Origin: Stegostoma tigrinum
Taxonomy: Eukaryota
Assembly: GCF_030684315.1 (NCBI RefSeq)
Contig: NC_081387.1
Coordinates: 6,056,497 to 6,120,496 of the forward strand
Reading direction: 5' to 3'
Length of the DNA: 64,000 nucleotides
The stretch's first letter is position 1. Each line of letters starts with the position of its first letter. Shown here in pieces: positions 38,261 to 52,244 of the stretch. The position numbers and the translations under genes are program-made. A model generated the notes under the pieces. It did not search any database. It saw only the letters and a program-made list of their open reading frames with translations, and was not told the DNA's origin.

Positions 38261-39416
38261 CTGTTGCAAGGAAAATTATCAAAGAGAAGTCTTGAGCTCT
38301 GTGTTCAGCAGTACAAGTGTTTTTTGTTCAGAGTCTTTTACCACACATGTGGGAGAGGCCAGAGACCAATCCGAATCTGGCTGCCATGTGGATGCAGTTG
38401 CCCTTTTAAACACAGCCCACATCAGAAGAGAGGTGAATGACACGATAACTTTCTCCAGCTGAGTACCACATTTTTATAACTTATGCTACCATGGCTCATG
38501 ATGGAATTCTTCAGTTCCTATCTTCTGCATGACATTCCTCCTCAATAGATCGTTTGTTCTTACATAGTAACACTTGAACACAATCAAAACAACAATTGTA
38601 TTTCTACTAGTGCATGAGATACGACCCAGATCCATTGGTCTATTTGGGTATCGAGTCTCCATCGCAAATCTGATTTACCCCGCTTGGTTGTTGTAACTCC
38701 CTGTTAGTTTGAACTGCATGAATGTTTGAACTTCATTGAATGTTGAGACTAATTACTGTTTGTCTTCAGCAAGGTCTATCCATTAATAGTGATGCTTTGG
38801 GTCAGCCCACTGAAAACAACATGATTTAAGTGGCACCTCTTTGATCCGTTCTGGCAATAGCTGCCTGCCATGGATAGATCTGACCAGAGCTTACTGCAAG
38901 AAGGACCAACAAAATAATTCGTGCATTGGTGCGATACATTGTAACAACACAATCTGGACAGACTTTGGCTGGCCATTTCATCTCAGCATGACCAGTGATC
39001 CCCTCCTTGGTGTCATCTGGTCACGTTAATTCCCTTTTCGGCAGTTTTCATGATAATCCCATCAGTTGGAGTGGCTTTTAGTGATATCCATTTCCCTTCA
39101 TGGTACCTCCAATATTGTGAACATTTTTAGGGTATGTGCAATTTGTCTCCATGTTTGGAGATGTGTGACACGACCCCTACATAACGTTCCTCCTCAACAG
39201 TGTCCTCAGTACCCAATAATCTGCTAACGGAAGTTAAACTGCTAAGATATCCCAAGGGGCATCTTTTCTCCTGCCCATTCTCTCAATTGCTTATCTGTCA
39301 CCCAGCCGGGAACTTGGCATGTATCCAATTTCAGCTGATCATTGTCAATAGCCAGATGGCACAGGATGTACATGTTTTTTGCCGTATGTTCTTCCTTAGA
39401 TGTATTAGCCAATCTG

Positions 39417-39775
39417 TCAAGAAGTGAAATGGCCATATTTTACAGAGGCTTCAAAAAATTCCATGGTGTTTAACGTAACCTGTTCCTGCCATTTCTCATC
39501 ATCCCTTCTCAGTTCATACAGCTGTGTTGCCAGACCTTTCAGAAATGGCTTAATCCCATCCTTGTCATTGCACATCTCTGCTTCTCCTACATTGTCTGGG
39601 AGTTGCATAGCCCATTCAATCACTGATTCAAAGGGTGGCAACCCCATTCCCCTTGCAGGGGTTGACCTCAATTTCATTAGGCTAGGGGAAAATATTCTGA
39701 TCCATCCTTGTCCAGTCTCTATCAGGGCCTTAGTCAAAATAGCTTTAAGTGTCCAGTTCATTTATTCTACCATAT
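39417..39775 (-). mobile_element. Retroviral/Gypsy-type integrase remnant
   Basis: MNWTLKAILTKALIETGQGW...LMKLRSTPARGMGLPPFE matches the integrase core C-terminal pattern (ERxNxTLK...W...R.TP...G.SPFE). Confidence 0.72.
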
Positions 39776-42700
39776 TGATCCTTCAAGTGGTCCAAGACAC
39801 GGAATTTCTATGTAATACCGAGCAGGGCACAAGCCTGCTTAATCACGTTCCCTGGCCTTGGGGTAGAGATCCTGTAAAATCTATCTGCAATTGCTCCCAT
39901 GGGCCCCAGGTCTCGGTTTGTAGCTCAATTTTACTTTGATCGCTTTCACTGGCTAATTTCAGTGCTTCCAATTAGGGCTTTTAATTCTGCTACTTGGGCT
40001 GAATATCTCCCAGAAATCTGCTTGCCTGCCAGCTTCGTTTCCATTTCCTTCTACCCAGGCCAAAGCAGTGCAGGATGTTCCCTTATATCATTTTCTAAAT
40101 TCACCTACAAATATCTCCAAAACTCTTCAATTCTTCACGTGCAGATCACCTCACTCAGTAAAATAATATCATACATCGGCTCAGAACTCTCCAGCTCTCT
40201 TTCATCTTTACCCAGCTTCAGGATATCCAACCCCAAAGCCCTTGCTTATTTAAATCTAAATTATCCTTACTCCTTACAATTATCCTCACCAAATTATTTT
40301 ACTGTCAGTTCCTCAAAGGAGTAGGTGTCATTGCGTTGTGAATTAACATGCTTTCTCAATTTACTGGCCACTATAACCATTTCATGCCATACTGTTTGTC
40401 AAATTGATGCACATGATTGAAACCTGTTCTTCAGTGCACTATTTCCTCTCTTTTTCTGTATCCGTCTAATTTGGAGTAGACACAGAATTCTTGCACAGTT
40501 GCACAGTATCCCTATGCCGAGCCCCACGTTCTTAATTCTTGTTTGACCTTATCAAAAGGATCTGAGATTTTACTTACCTTTCCACAGATGGTCCTGATGC
40601 TTTGGGTGGTGGCTTAATCATCACATTCGATTCTCTTAATAAAAAAGACAAGGACACGAGTATCACCAAGAGAAAGCTATCCATTTTGTGCTCTCTTTCC
40701 TTTTAACTAGAATGCGTGTAAACCTCAATTGCTGTTGCAGTCTAATAAAAAATATCCCTGTACTATCTTAGAAGAGGCAAAAACATAATTTGATCGTACT
40801 TACTCTGAGATGACTGGTTTTTATCAATTACTTGATAACCTACTCCAGATATTTGATGTGTCTGTATAGAAATTTGTCCATGTTCAATATTTCATTCCAT
40901 TTTAAGAACCACTCTCAATCTTCTGTTCATGCATTTTATGACTTTCCAGAATCCCTTTAATTCAGAGAACTGTTCCCCATGCTAACGTTTTAGAATGCCA
41001 GATCATGTGAATCGTAATATAATTTATTTTGATATGCTTTAATGTGTTTAGGCTTAGTGGTTTTGAAATGTCCAGTACTCAGTATATTTGATGTTTTCGT
41101 AATACTTCTCCAGTACTGAGATGCAATGTTAAGAGTGGCCTGATGGATTCGGGGTGACTCATCCATCACTGTACTGCAATGTTGAAAGTCTGCAGCCAAG
41201 TTTAAAAATTTGAAGCTGTTGGCAAAAGTCTTCTGTCTCTTCAGTTGTCTAAAAACAAAATAGTATCCATCCATTGCACTTCAAGCGCAATGGATTGATT
41301 AGTGATAGTTTACTGCTAATCTAAAAGGGTGACTTTTGATATAATTAGTTCAACAGCTCCTCTTTCTCCATTATAGAAAAAAGCCATGTGTTACAGTCCA
41401 TTTCCAACCAGTGGGACAGTTTATGTCTCTCAGTAAATTTTGCAATTCTTTCAAACACTTTGATTTCAGTTTTCTCACATTTCACTTCAATAATTTTGTT
41501 CAAAACAAATTTCTTTTCCAAAATTCCAATTTCCCTATTTCTTCAAGCACATTTTTCTCCAATGGCCATTTAAAATGAGCAAATCTCATCATCCAGAATT
41601 AAAGACTAACCCATAATCAAAATAATATTTGGAAGTTAACTCTGACCAGGAAATGAAATTCCAAATATCATTATTCAATCATAAATGTTTTGAAATTAAA
41701 CATTTCCCAGGATTTCTCCTCCTTCAGTTAGATATATTCCAATCCCAAAAGGTAAATTTTTACCAAGGTTTTGGGAAACAAATTCTAGGTCAGCATTTCA
41801 AAGCAGATTTTCATTTGACATGTCCATTACTGATTCCTTCACGTGACACCATCTTAACTGTATACATTCCAAACTGATACAGCCACACACCACACTTTCA
41901 AGTCATCGTAGACATTTTGCAAGTGTACCTCAAAGGCCCAGGGAGCAAAATACACAAAGTAAACAAGACAGCGTTTAGCAACCAATGAACAAAGATATAA
42001 ACAGACCAGACCAGAAAGAGTTAAAACTTTGTTGAGGGAGCATAGCACAAAAAGTTGTTCCCTGTCTCTCTCCACAACTTGAAAACACTTCCTTCCAATC
42101 TCAGTTTTAATATTGTGCTTGATATACTGATATTAAGGCAATGTTTTCTTTATTACTGTCCTCTTTTGTAGTCACCCTCTTCGCAAAAAAGACAGCTTTG
42201 TGGGGTTCCAATCAGCTTCAACCATCTGGCCAGTCCCCTCAATAACACTCACCTGTCTACTGGGGTTAAAAGGTTCTAAGTTAACTTCCTTCCTCTCCTG
42301 GACTGAGGAAGGGTCACTCAACCCAAAACATTAACTCTGACTTCTGTCCACAGTTGCTGAACTTTTCCACCAATTTCAGTTTTGGCCTCTGATTTACAGG
42401 GTCTGCTATTCTTTCGGTTTTCCTTTTTTCCCAATTTTTTCTACAGTCCCCAGCAGAGCCATACACATGGGTCTTTCATTCATAGGGTCATCCTACCCAT
42501 TGTTATCCCTATGTCTATACATGTACACTTCGCCATTGAACAGGTTCCAGTCAATGCCATTGTCCTTACCGCCCCCTGGGTCACTGGGTGCCTCCTCTGC
42601 GGCCACCATCCAGACTTCCAGCTTCAAACTCTTGCCGTCTGAGAACCGCCTCCCTCACTGCTCCTCCCTCTCACTGGCCATATTACTGATGCGGGCTGTC

Positions 42701-43475
42701 AAAAATGCAACCGTCCTGTCATATTTATCTCTTTCTTGTCCCTTCCACCATGCTGTTTTGGCAATTACCCAACCTGCACCAGGAAGGTGTGAGCCCCTCA
42801 GCAGCATACCTCATCCTGATCAGCTTCATGATCAGCTTCTGTTATAATCCAGTACTCTTTTATATTAATGCCCCCTTTGAGCCCCATAATATTTTTCCTC
42901 TGTTCTTAGACATGATCCCTTCTCGATCCTTTCTGTATACCATGGTCTCATGCATCCTGTTTCCACTGAAGTGTCCTGCAGTGGGACTCAAAACACCTCC
43001 CTGGTGCAAACTAGGTCGATCAATTGTCTACTGATCACAGCTCAACTCCTTTTATCCTCTTAGTTCTTTGTGGATGGCAATTTTACAGCCGGGATCGACT
43101 ACAAGGTTTGCCCTCAATCTAAAAGGGTGGTAGTATTAAACATATCTCCCCAATTCGAACCCACATAGTCAATAGTGGGCCAGTGCAGCACTCTGATTGA
43201 ACTACCAGTTGCTGTCGGGTGAAATACCAAAGAGGAGTCTTGTTCAGCAGCGTAAGTGATCTTTATTCCGAGCTCTTTTACCACCCGTGTGAGAGCAGCC
43301 GGAGAGAGCTCCAAATCTGGCTTTCACACGGGACCCAGTTGTGCTTTTAATGACAGCTCAGATCTGAGATCAGCTGAATACATTTTTATACCTTTCGTGT
43401 TACAATAATTACATACAGCATTGATGTCGTTGTCAGCTGCATTTCTCCCTAATCTGTGCATCCAATCCCATTTGA

Positions 43476-43778
43476 GGCAGCACGGTGGCTCAGTGGCTAG
43501 CTCTGCAGCCTCACAGCGCCAGCGACCCGGGTTCGATTCCAGCCTCGGGCAACTGTTTTTGCGGAGTTTGGACATTCTCCCTGTGTCTGTGTGGGTTTTC
43601 TCCGGTTTCCTCCCACAGTCCAAAGATGTGCAGGCTAGGTGGATCGGCCATGCTAAATTGCCCGTAGTGTTCAGGGATTTGTGGGTTGGGGGGATGGGTC
43701 TGGGTGGGATGCTCCAAGGGGCGGTGTGGACTTGTTGGGCCAAAGGGCCTGTTTCCACACTGTAGGGAATCTAATCTT
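43476..43778 (+). mobile_element. HE1-like SINE, well preserved
   Basis: A box tggctcagtgg, B box ggttcgattcc, CR1-like tail ending in (aatct)n. Confidence 0.9.
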
Positions 43779-44738
43779 AACACTTGATCAGTGATGGACA
43801 GGGCTAGACCTTCCCGTAATTGCATGATGTCTACCAGATACCTCCATCATCTGTCTTTGGGAATTAAGACTCTTAATGGTGTTCTGGGAAATTAGGGATG
43901 AGGAATAAGGAATTTAACAGAAAATAACTGAGAAGTTTATGCCACAAGATCTCACAATTGCAAAAAAAACAAAGCCTTAGTCAACGAAAAGCAATAGAGT
44001 AATCAGTTCAAACAATTCTTCAAGTACAGTTTGTGACTCCCTCTTTATGAAGCCAGTTCTACTTTCTACATCATAAATGAGCTCCTTTATACATTATATG
44101 ACTCACCTTTCCTAGTAGTAACCCTAAGGTATTTTACAGCTCTCTGGCGTTCATTCAGTTTTGCACAGCATTCAAACTTTTTGTTCTGAAGTTGTCATAC
44201 TGGCCTGGAATTAGTAACCTTTGTTTCTGTCTCTTCAGATGTTGCCTGGCCGGCTGAAAGCATTAAACCTTTTTTGTGGAATCAACCACTGAAAATTATT
44301 TACTGACTACTAGCCACAATTATCAGCAACTGATATAAATAACGAGATATTTTTTCTCTTATGTACTGTACCTATAAAATATATAAATGTATAATCCAGT
44401 TGAAATCTGACTTTACAGTGCACTGTTCATATTATTTTCTTTCTGCTTATTCAGTGGCATTCTGAGGTTCCTCACTGCAGGTACAATCACAGTTTATACT
44501 GGAGATACTTACTTCACGTCAATCGTTTGATGTGGGGAATTTCACACAGTTAGCAGCCCTTCAGTGAACTGTGGAGGAGGGTCTTAGTCTGTGGCCTTTA
44601 CAGTGACTAGCCCCAGCTTTAGTGTGGCCCTCAGACTGTGGTTCAGGACATTGGCCTGTGTCAATTGGCAACGCACAGTCTCTGATAACTCTCTACTCTG
44701 GAGGATCAGCACGTTTGCGGCAGAAACTTCCACCCACC

Positions 44739-46734
44739 TGTTCGGTTTGTTTTCGGAGACCCTCACGGACCTGCTGCAACAACAAGACACTGACCTGTTT
44801 AGTGAAACACAAACCCTTTATTACAAAGCAGATACAAGCTGTGGAGAATCACTGTACTCAACCCGGCACAGAGTGCAGAGCCTCGTAAGTGATTCTCCCC
44901 GAGCAGCGGAGACTCCCTGCTTTTTATACTTTACCAAGTGCATAATACATAAAGCAATTTTACATCTCGCATTGACATGATACATGAAACATTCACTGCA
45001 ACAGACAATGACATGATACAAAACAATGACTACATCGAAAACATAAAGAGACCGGGATATAGTATCGATCGTTCGCGAAGTGGCTTAATGACGGGAGGCG
45101 ATTCCAAGTTGCCAAAGTAATTTCAAGAAAGTAATTTCAAGCTGCCAAAGTGTCTGGCTTGAACAAAAGCCAATGCCCTGGCTCCTTTGTTTTGAACAGG
45201 AGTTACATAATTCAGAAGTCTCACACCTTTACAAACGCTCCTCACTTGACCTTATTTGGTTAACACTTTCCCTTTTATTATCTCATGATCCTCACACTGC
45301 AGTTTTAAAACTTCCCAAGTTTTAGGTTTCCCCTCATTATCACAGGCACTGACCCCTTTCCTATGGGCATTATCCACCCAACTGGCCGGTTTTGACTTTT
45401 CAGTCAGCTTCTCAGCTCTCTTTCCCCAGAATGACATTAACCCTTTCCAGTGCCTCTTCTGCTTTAGTACATTGATCTATATCCCACGTTCCGCACAATG
45501 GCTAATTCTCATTTCCCAATGTTTTGTTTAGGCATGCGGACAGACGTCTGTACTGTACTTCATTTTTGGGGTCATCCCGGCATAACCGATGTAAAGGGGC
45601 TCCAACACCCGACTTATCCAGCGTTTGTCCCTTTTTTTTAGCGTTCTCATTTTTTACTTGTTTCTATATACTACAGCAGTGTCCCTAGCCTCAACACCCA
45701 CTTCAGGGTCCTGACCTTCGTGTGGGGCAGTTCCCCTCTTAACAACCGGTCTGAGGCAGGGTGGTTGAGACAGACAGACACTGTAACTACTCTATACTTA
45801 TGTCTGAACACATTATACCTTCCCAATCTTATGCTAAACCCCTCCCTTTTCCCATTTACCTGGCCCAGGGACTCTTACCCCGGCCACCGGGGGATTCTAA
45901 CCTCCCGGATTCTTTACTCAGTTCCGCTGGAGGACTTGAACCTCCCGGATTTCTTTACTAACTTGGGGACTCGAACCTCCAGGCGTCCGGATTTAGCAGT
46001 GTTCAAGGCCGTGAGCTGTCTCGGGGTTCCGTCAGTACAGACCCAATGCAGGGACGAGGGGTCGAATGGGTGGCAGGCTGGTGAGAGAGACCAAGGTGAA
46101 TCGTACCTTGCGGGCCCGTCCGTCTCACTCCACCGATACTCGAACGATCACTTATTCAGCCCTCCACGTGAGACTGCTGTACATGTTGGAGCCCTGCTCG
46201 CAACACCAAATGTCAGGTTCGTTTTCGGAGACCCTCACGGACTTGCTGCAACAACAAGACACTGACCTGTTTAGAAAAACACAAATCCTTTTATTACCAA
46301 GCAAGTACAAGCTGTGGAGAATTACTGTACTCAAAGCAGCACAGAGTGCAGAGTCTCGCAAGTAATTCTCCCCGAGCAGCGGACAGTCCCTGCCTTTCAT
46401 ACTTTACCAAGTGCATAATACATAAAGCAATTTTACATCTCGCATTGACATGATACATGAAACATTCACTGCAACAGACAATGACATGATACAAAACAAT
46501 GACTACATCGAAAACATAAAGAGAGCAGGATACAGTATCGATCATTCGCGAAGTGACTGCTAACGGCAGGAGGAGATTCCAAGTTGCCGAAGCGACAGAG
46601 TGTAATTTCAAGCTGCCAAAGTGTCTGGCTTGAACAAAAGTCAGTGCCCTGGCCCCTTTGTCAGGAACAGAAGTTACATACTTCAGAAATCTCACACCTT
46701 TACAAATGCTCCTCACTTGACCTTATTTGAGACA
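44739..46734 (-). mobile_element. Internally deleted endogenous retrovirus-like element
   Basis: Direct repeats 44739-45265 and 46211-46734, each TG...CA. PBS-like TGGTGTTGCGAGCAGGG next to the 5' LTR, purine tract at about 45266-45281, and a gag-like frame from 45633. No TSD found. Confidence 0.85.
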
Positions 46735-48229
46735 GTTTCCACATACCCCCGTGCAGGAAGGTAAAGATTTGCACAGTTTAACTCTAATTCTATTCAGGCA
46801 GGAAGCTGAAGGCAGTATCTGCAGACCTATGGGTAGGAAGATAAGGAGTTACAAAGTTTTATACCTAATTTCTAGTTGGGCAGCAAGTTTTAAGGCAGTG
46901 TCTGCACACTTCTGTGTAAGCAGATAGAAGACATTAATTTATGGAAATACAGAAATCAATGGGACGTTATCCCAATAACATCTCAAAGGGACCCAGCAGT
47001 TTTGTTGGGAAGTCACTGAAAGTTTCCAATCAGGTACAGAAAACTATTCAGAAGTTAGTAGAATGCTTATCCTTATTGCAAGAAAACTTGAGGACAGGAG
47101 CAAACATGGACAAGCATATGGACGATCATGGAATAGACGGGCTTCAGATTGGTAGGACAGGTCGGCACAACATCGACAAGGGCCTGTACTGTGCTGTATT
47201 GTTCTATGTTCTATGAGCAGTGTAGCTTTGCTTTAAATGTGTAGAGGTTTTACATCACACCTGGAGAAGTGTGTGATGTAGCTGTCATGAGACAGACATT
47301 ACGGTGACAGAGGGAGTGCAATGAAGCTTCCTTAGTCTTGTTCCCAGGGTGTAATTGTGTCATATGAAAAGCGATTGGACAAGCTCAGCCTGTATTCTGT
47401 ACAGTTTTGTGGAGTGAGAAGTGATTTATTTGGAGCATATGCTATACTTAGAGGGACCAACAGGGTGGATGCAGGTCAGATGTTTCCCTGGTTTTGGAGC
47501 CTGAAACACGGGGCCACAATTGAAAACAATAAGTTAGATGCTACTCAGGTCCAAAAACGAATACAATTTAAATGTATTTTTGACTGAAGGGTTGTGAATT
47601 TTTCCATTCCTTTAATAAGGATGCTCAGCTTAGAAATTGATCGATTTCTAAAGGCATACATCGTCATGTGGATGATAGTGAGTGAAAAGTCTTTAAGTGT
47701 TTGATCAGGCACTTTAAATGGTGGGGGAGACTCAGCAGGCTGAATGGCCTACTTCTGTTTCTCTGTTTGTAAGAATACTTAAATGGAGAGAAGTCAACTT
47801 CAATGGGGGAAATATTGGTACTATGGAAACAAACTGGAGTCAAACACAGGTAGGGAAAATGATAGGTGAACAAAGATGGGGTAGTTCGGCACAGTCAAAT
47901 CTATTTTCTCAATAGCAAACGTAAGACAAACAAAAACAGGCCTTCTTTGGAAGACAAAAGACATTGAAATGCTGACAGCTGAAACTTTCAGTTCCTGAAA
48001 GTTGAAGGATGCAAATACCATTCCATTACTCAAGAATTGAGTGAGAGAGAAAACTGGAAACTACAGATATCCTAATAACATTTGCAGCGAAAGTTGTAGA
48101 ACTTATTATGAAGGATGGGATAAATAAACATCTAGCTGTTAATGATTGGATTGGAATAGTCAGCATGGATTTGCAAATGAGAATTGTTAAGAGAGTCAAT
48201 GGACATCACATACTGAGTTTTCAGAATAT

Positions 48230-48423
48230 TAGCGAGTTTTGAGAAGATTTGTAGCTCAGGTTGAGGTTCTGGATGTGAGTTTGCTCGCTGAGCTGGAAGG
48301 TTAGTTTTCAGACGTTTCGTCACCATTCTAGGTAACATCATCAGTGAGCCTCCGACGAAGGCTTCGTCGGAGGCTCACTGATGATGTTACCTACAATGGT
48401 GACGAAACGTCTGAAAAGTAACC
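48230..48423. mobile_element. Palindromic insertion with two hammerhead cores (second Penelope-type family)
   Basis: 64-bp arms 48297-48360 and 48362-48425 with 2 mismatches. TSD ttttcagaatat at 48218-48229 and 48424-48435. Lies inside a CR1 remnant. Confidence 0.85.
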
Positions 48424-51400
48424 TTTTCAGAATATGTTTGAGAAATCCCCTTAAGAGGCTGGTTAGAAAGACGAAAGCTCACGTGATAGAAGATAATGTA
48501 CTGGCATGGGTTAATGTATGGTGAACACAGGGAAGGCAATGGCCTTGTGGTATCAGTTCCTGAAAATTTTCAATAAAGTTCTTAGCAAGAGTCATCTAGG
48601 CTCAAAACATTAGCTTGATCTCTTTCCATTGATGCTGCCTAACTGTTGTGAGTTCCAGCATTTTTTTTGCTTTTGTTATTAAATCAATATGTTGCATTTA
48701 TCTTTACCGAAGTTTCTGTCCAGGCTGTGCTGAAAGAAGAGGTACTTCAGACACTTGAAAGGTTTTAAATTGATAAGGAGGATGTATTTGATAGTCTGTC
48801 TTTACTTAAAGTGGATTAGGCATCAGAACTGATGAGATACATCTGAGGATACTGAGAGAAGTAAGAATGGAAACTGAGAAGCACTGGCCAGAATTGTCAA
48901 TCTTTCTTTTGATAGGAAATAAGATGCAATGATTAATGAGTAGTTCTAAAGATTAATTGATGTTTTTCAGGCTGGCCCAAGGTTTAGAGTGGAGTGTTTG
49001 GACCATTGTTTTTCCTGATATATGTAATGACCTGGATCTTGGAGGAGAGGAGATTATTTCAAAGTTTGTGGATGAAATTTGATGTTCTTGCTGATTGGAA
49101 TTTTACTTCTTAACCTCGCTTCTTCAGATGCTTCTACTGGATTGCAAGAGGCACAGGGCATCTAATTCATTTAGAAATGGACTCTGACTTTTTAATTAAA
49201 AGTCATTAGCTTACAGAAACGGTTAAAGGGAAAAAATAAACCGGCTCTCTGCAGGCATGAAGTGGGTTTTGACTGTAGAGATCAGAGAGCAAGCCTCTGA
49301 GCTGCGGAGATCTGATTCCTTCTTTGAATCTTCTTCCAGACCCAAGCTGTCCAGTTACTTGAGATCCAGTTATATAGTTTTTGGCAAACAAAAGGCCTTT
49401 TTCATCAATAACTTATCACACATATATAGACCAATCAACTTGTAGCTATCCAGAGCTCCATTCGAATACAGAATTCCTGGGGTCTAGCAGATTATAAGCT
49501 AAACTTTAATTACTGCTCATTCAAACAGCTGTATAAGCGCTCCTTATGATGAGTGTCAGGTTAGCTGTTTTCCATAATATCGTTATAGAAAGCTAGTTTA
49601 AAAACAGCTTTCTCATTTCAGTCCACGATTCAAAACTTAACAAAAATGAAATGATATGGTCCACTCAGTTGGAAGTGGAGAGCCTGAACAGGGTTAGTAT
49701 TGTAGGGAATTGGGTGGATGAGAGTGAGTGACGCAAGATGATGCACACACTTTTGAGAGGGGTAGAGCATCATCCAGGCAGCTCCAGGCTTTCAGTGCTC
49801 ATTTGAATGCCAGGCGGTGCGATAGTGTCAAACACACAGTGAAACAGTGTCAGGTACACAGATACAGAGTCAGGCAAGCTACCGTTCACGTATAATTGAG
49901 AACATGTGATGAAAGTTTACCTCCAGCAGAGCATTTAGCCTGATACAGAAACACATATATTTTCTTTTGTAACACAGGAAACAAAGTGTGGATATTGTGG
50001 TGCTGAAAAATTTAACAAACATTCATAACAGCTAACTATTATGTACAAAGAACAGATTAAATCAGTAAGCATTGAGCAGCATGCTTCCAATAACGTGTCA
50101 TTTTTTAAGTGGTCTGAGATAAGAGGAGTCTGAAATCTTTATAGCATCAGTTCACATTCTAGGGGACAGTGATACTGTCTGACCACAGGGTAGAACATTA
50201 ATACCATTTCAGCAATACCACAGCATGACCACCTGTTCCAGTGACCACCACCTTCGCCAAGTGAAGTGAAGAAATCCATTCAGGCACAGAAATTATAGGC
50301 AGAGCGATCAATGTGCAGAGAGGGACACTGCTCTAAAAGTTTGTAACTTCAAATAAACCTGTTGCACTAGAACCTGCTGTTGTGACTTCTGACCATGCCC
50401 AGGCCAGTCTAACACCGACACTTCCACATCATTCCACCAAAGTTCAACTTCACATTTTTGTACATTACGTCCATTTTCAATGCTCTTGACCAAGGACAAA
50501 CCTTGTCAAACTCTTCATGGATCCAATTAAAAGCTTCCTTACAGCAAATAGTCCTGCCTGGGCGACTCAAACCAGCAAGTTTGGAAATACCACATTTCGA
50601 CAGGGCGTAATAATTGGAACATCAAAACTGATCTTTGTAGTAACTGCATAGTCAAAGCCCACCCAATGTGAGAATGACTCGCTCATTTGTTCCCACTTTC
50701 TGCTTTCTGTCTGCAGTCCAATCATTAATCCATGCCAATACCATACCTCCTATCTGATGTGATTTAATCTTTCTGACCAGCCTCCTCAAGAAGGGAGGAA
50801 TATTGACTCTTAGTTTTCAGGACACTTTTGCAAGTTACGTATTCTATGTGCATTGGTTCTCTTTTTCACAATTCTGTTTTAACGAAACTCCAAGATTATA
50901 CAGCATGATTTCCCATTTACAGATCTGATCATTAGCAACCAGATGTTTGTCCCATCCTTCACAGTAGATTTTAATATTCCCCTAATGCTGATGTAAAGTT
51001 AATAGGTCTGTAATTCCCTGTTTTTTGCTCTCTCACTCCCTTCTTAAATCATGAGGTCACACTTGCTACCTTCCAATCAGCAGGAATAGATAATAAGATA
51101 ATAAGAATTATCATTTATCTTCATAGCTGACTCCTTCATAAAGACTCAGGTCCTGGGGATAAGTTGACTTTCAGCAACATGTGTAAGGAGGTTGTACTGG
51201 AGAAATTAATGTGTATTCCCTTCTTTTTAAGCTCTTCGTTCTCCCTAGTAATTTGGATCTCTACTTCCACAAGACCACTGGTATCTTCCTCATTGGAAAC
51301 AGACACAAAGCCATCACTCCATTTCTTTGCCAATTCTATATTTCCCCATTATAAATTCTGACACTTATTTCCATGTATGTCTGAATCTAACCTTGTGTAC

Positions 51401-51675
51401 ATGCATGTGTCTCACAGGTACCATGGACTGTAATGAGCCATCTCTTTACTAACAATGAAAGAATATTTACAGTAACTTGAAATGTATTTTCTCAGGATTC
51501 ATCTAACACAGCGTTACAGACTCGGACATGCTTGGTCAGACTTGCAGAAGATAATTGCAGACATTTGTTTTTTTAAACCATTATCTATCTTTTAATATTT
51601 TAATGTGTAAGACACCGTAACGTGTAATCTGGTGAAAAGTATGACTGAGTTGATAAAATCCCATCACCGGAGTGT

Positions 51676-51900
51676 CAACAGGTCAGGGACACTTTACAAT
51701 TCTGTCCTGTTAACCTTTCGAGGATTGTATTGCTATGGTGCACATTGCACAATGTTCCCCTGCAGGAAGCACTGACCCTTCAGCCCACAGACCAGATGGT
51801 GCCAGAAATTGTTGAAAAGGAGGATGTGACTGGATCCCATCCTCACGGGGCACCTGAGGAAACCCAAACTGCGGTTGCCAGGGTGGTTCGAGAGCAGCAG
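51676..51900 (+). mobile_element. Harbinger (HARBI1-like) transposase C-terminal remnant
   Basis: NRSG/DTLQFCPVNLSRIVLLWCTLHNV resembles the Harbinger DDE C-terminal motif (LQYxPxxxxxIxxxCxxLHN). Confidence 0.6.
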
Positions 51901-52244
51901 AGGGGTGATGGACTTCCCCAGGAAGTCAGAGAGAAGAGACGTGGAAATGGAGAGGGAAGCAATGGACATTTTTTAGTTCAGGACCAAAAGGACTTTGCAG
52001 AACATTTGTGGCAGATATTGCTGAACAGTGTCAACTTCATCTGCTCAGGTCAAAACCTTTCAGATCATTTGTATTAACGAGCAGCTTTTCTACTTTAGAA
52101 ACTGTAATATCTGAATGTTTCATGTCAATAAAAATTACATTATATGATTTGAAATGACTCCAGGCCAATCTGTAAATTAAAAATGGGCTGCAATACAACT
52201 GAAACAATTTATAATAGAACTCTCTCCTTGAATGAGGCATTTCC

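Noticed and set aside
40505-40530. tRNA-Pro-like PBS on the minus strand
   Set aside because: Only a partial match, and I could not delimit an adjacent LTR.
43476-43550. tRNA gene
   Set aside because: The A and B boxes continue into a SINE body and CR1-like tail; no complete cloverleaf.
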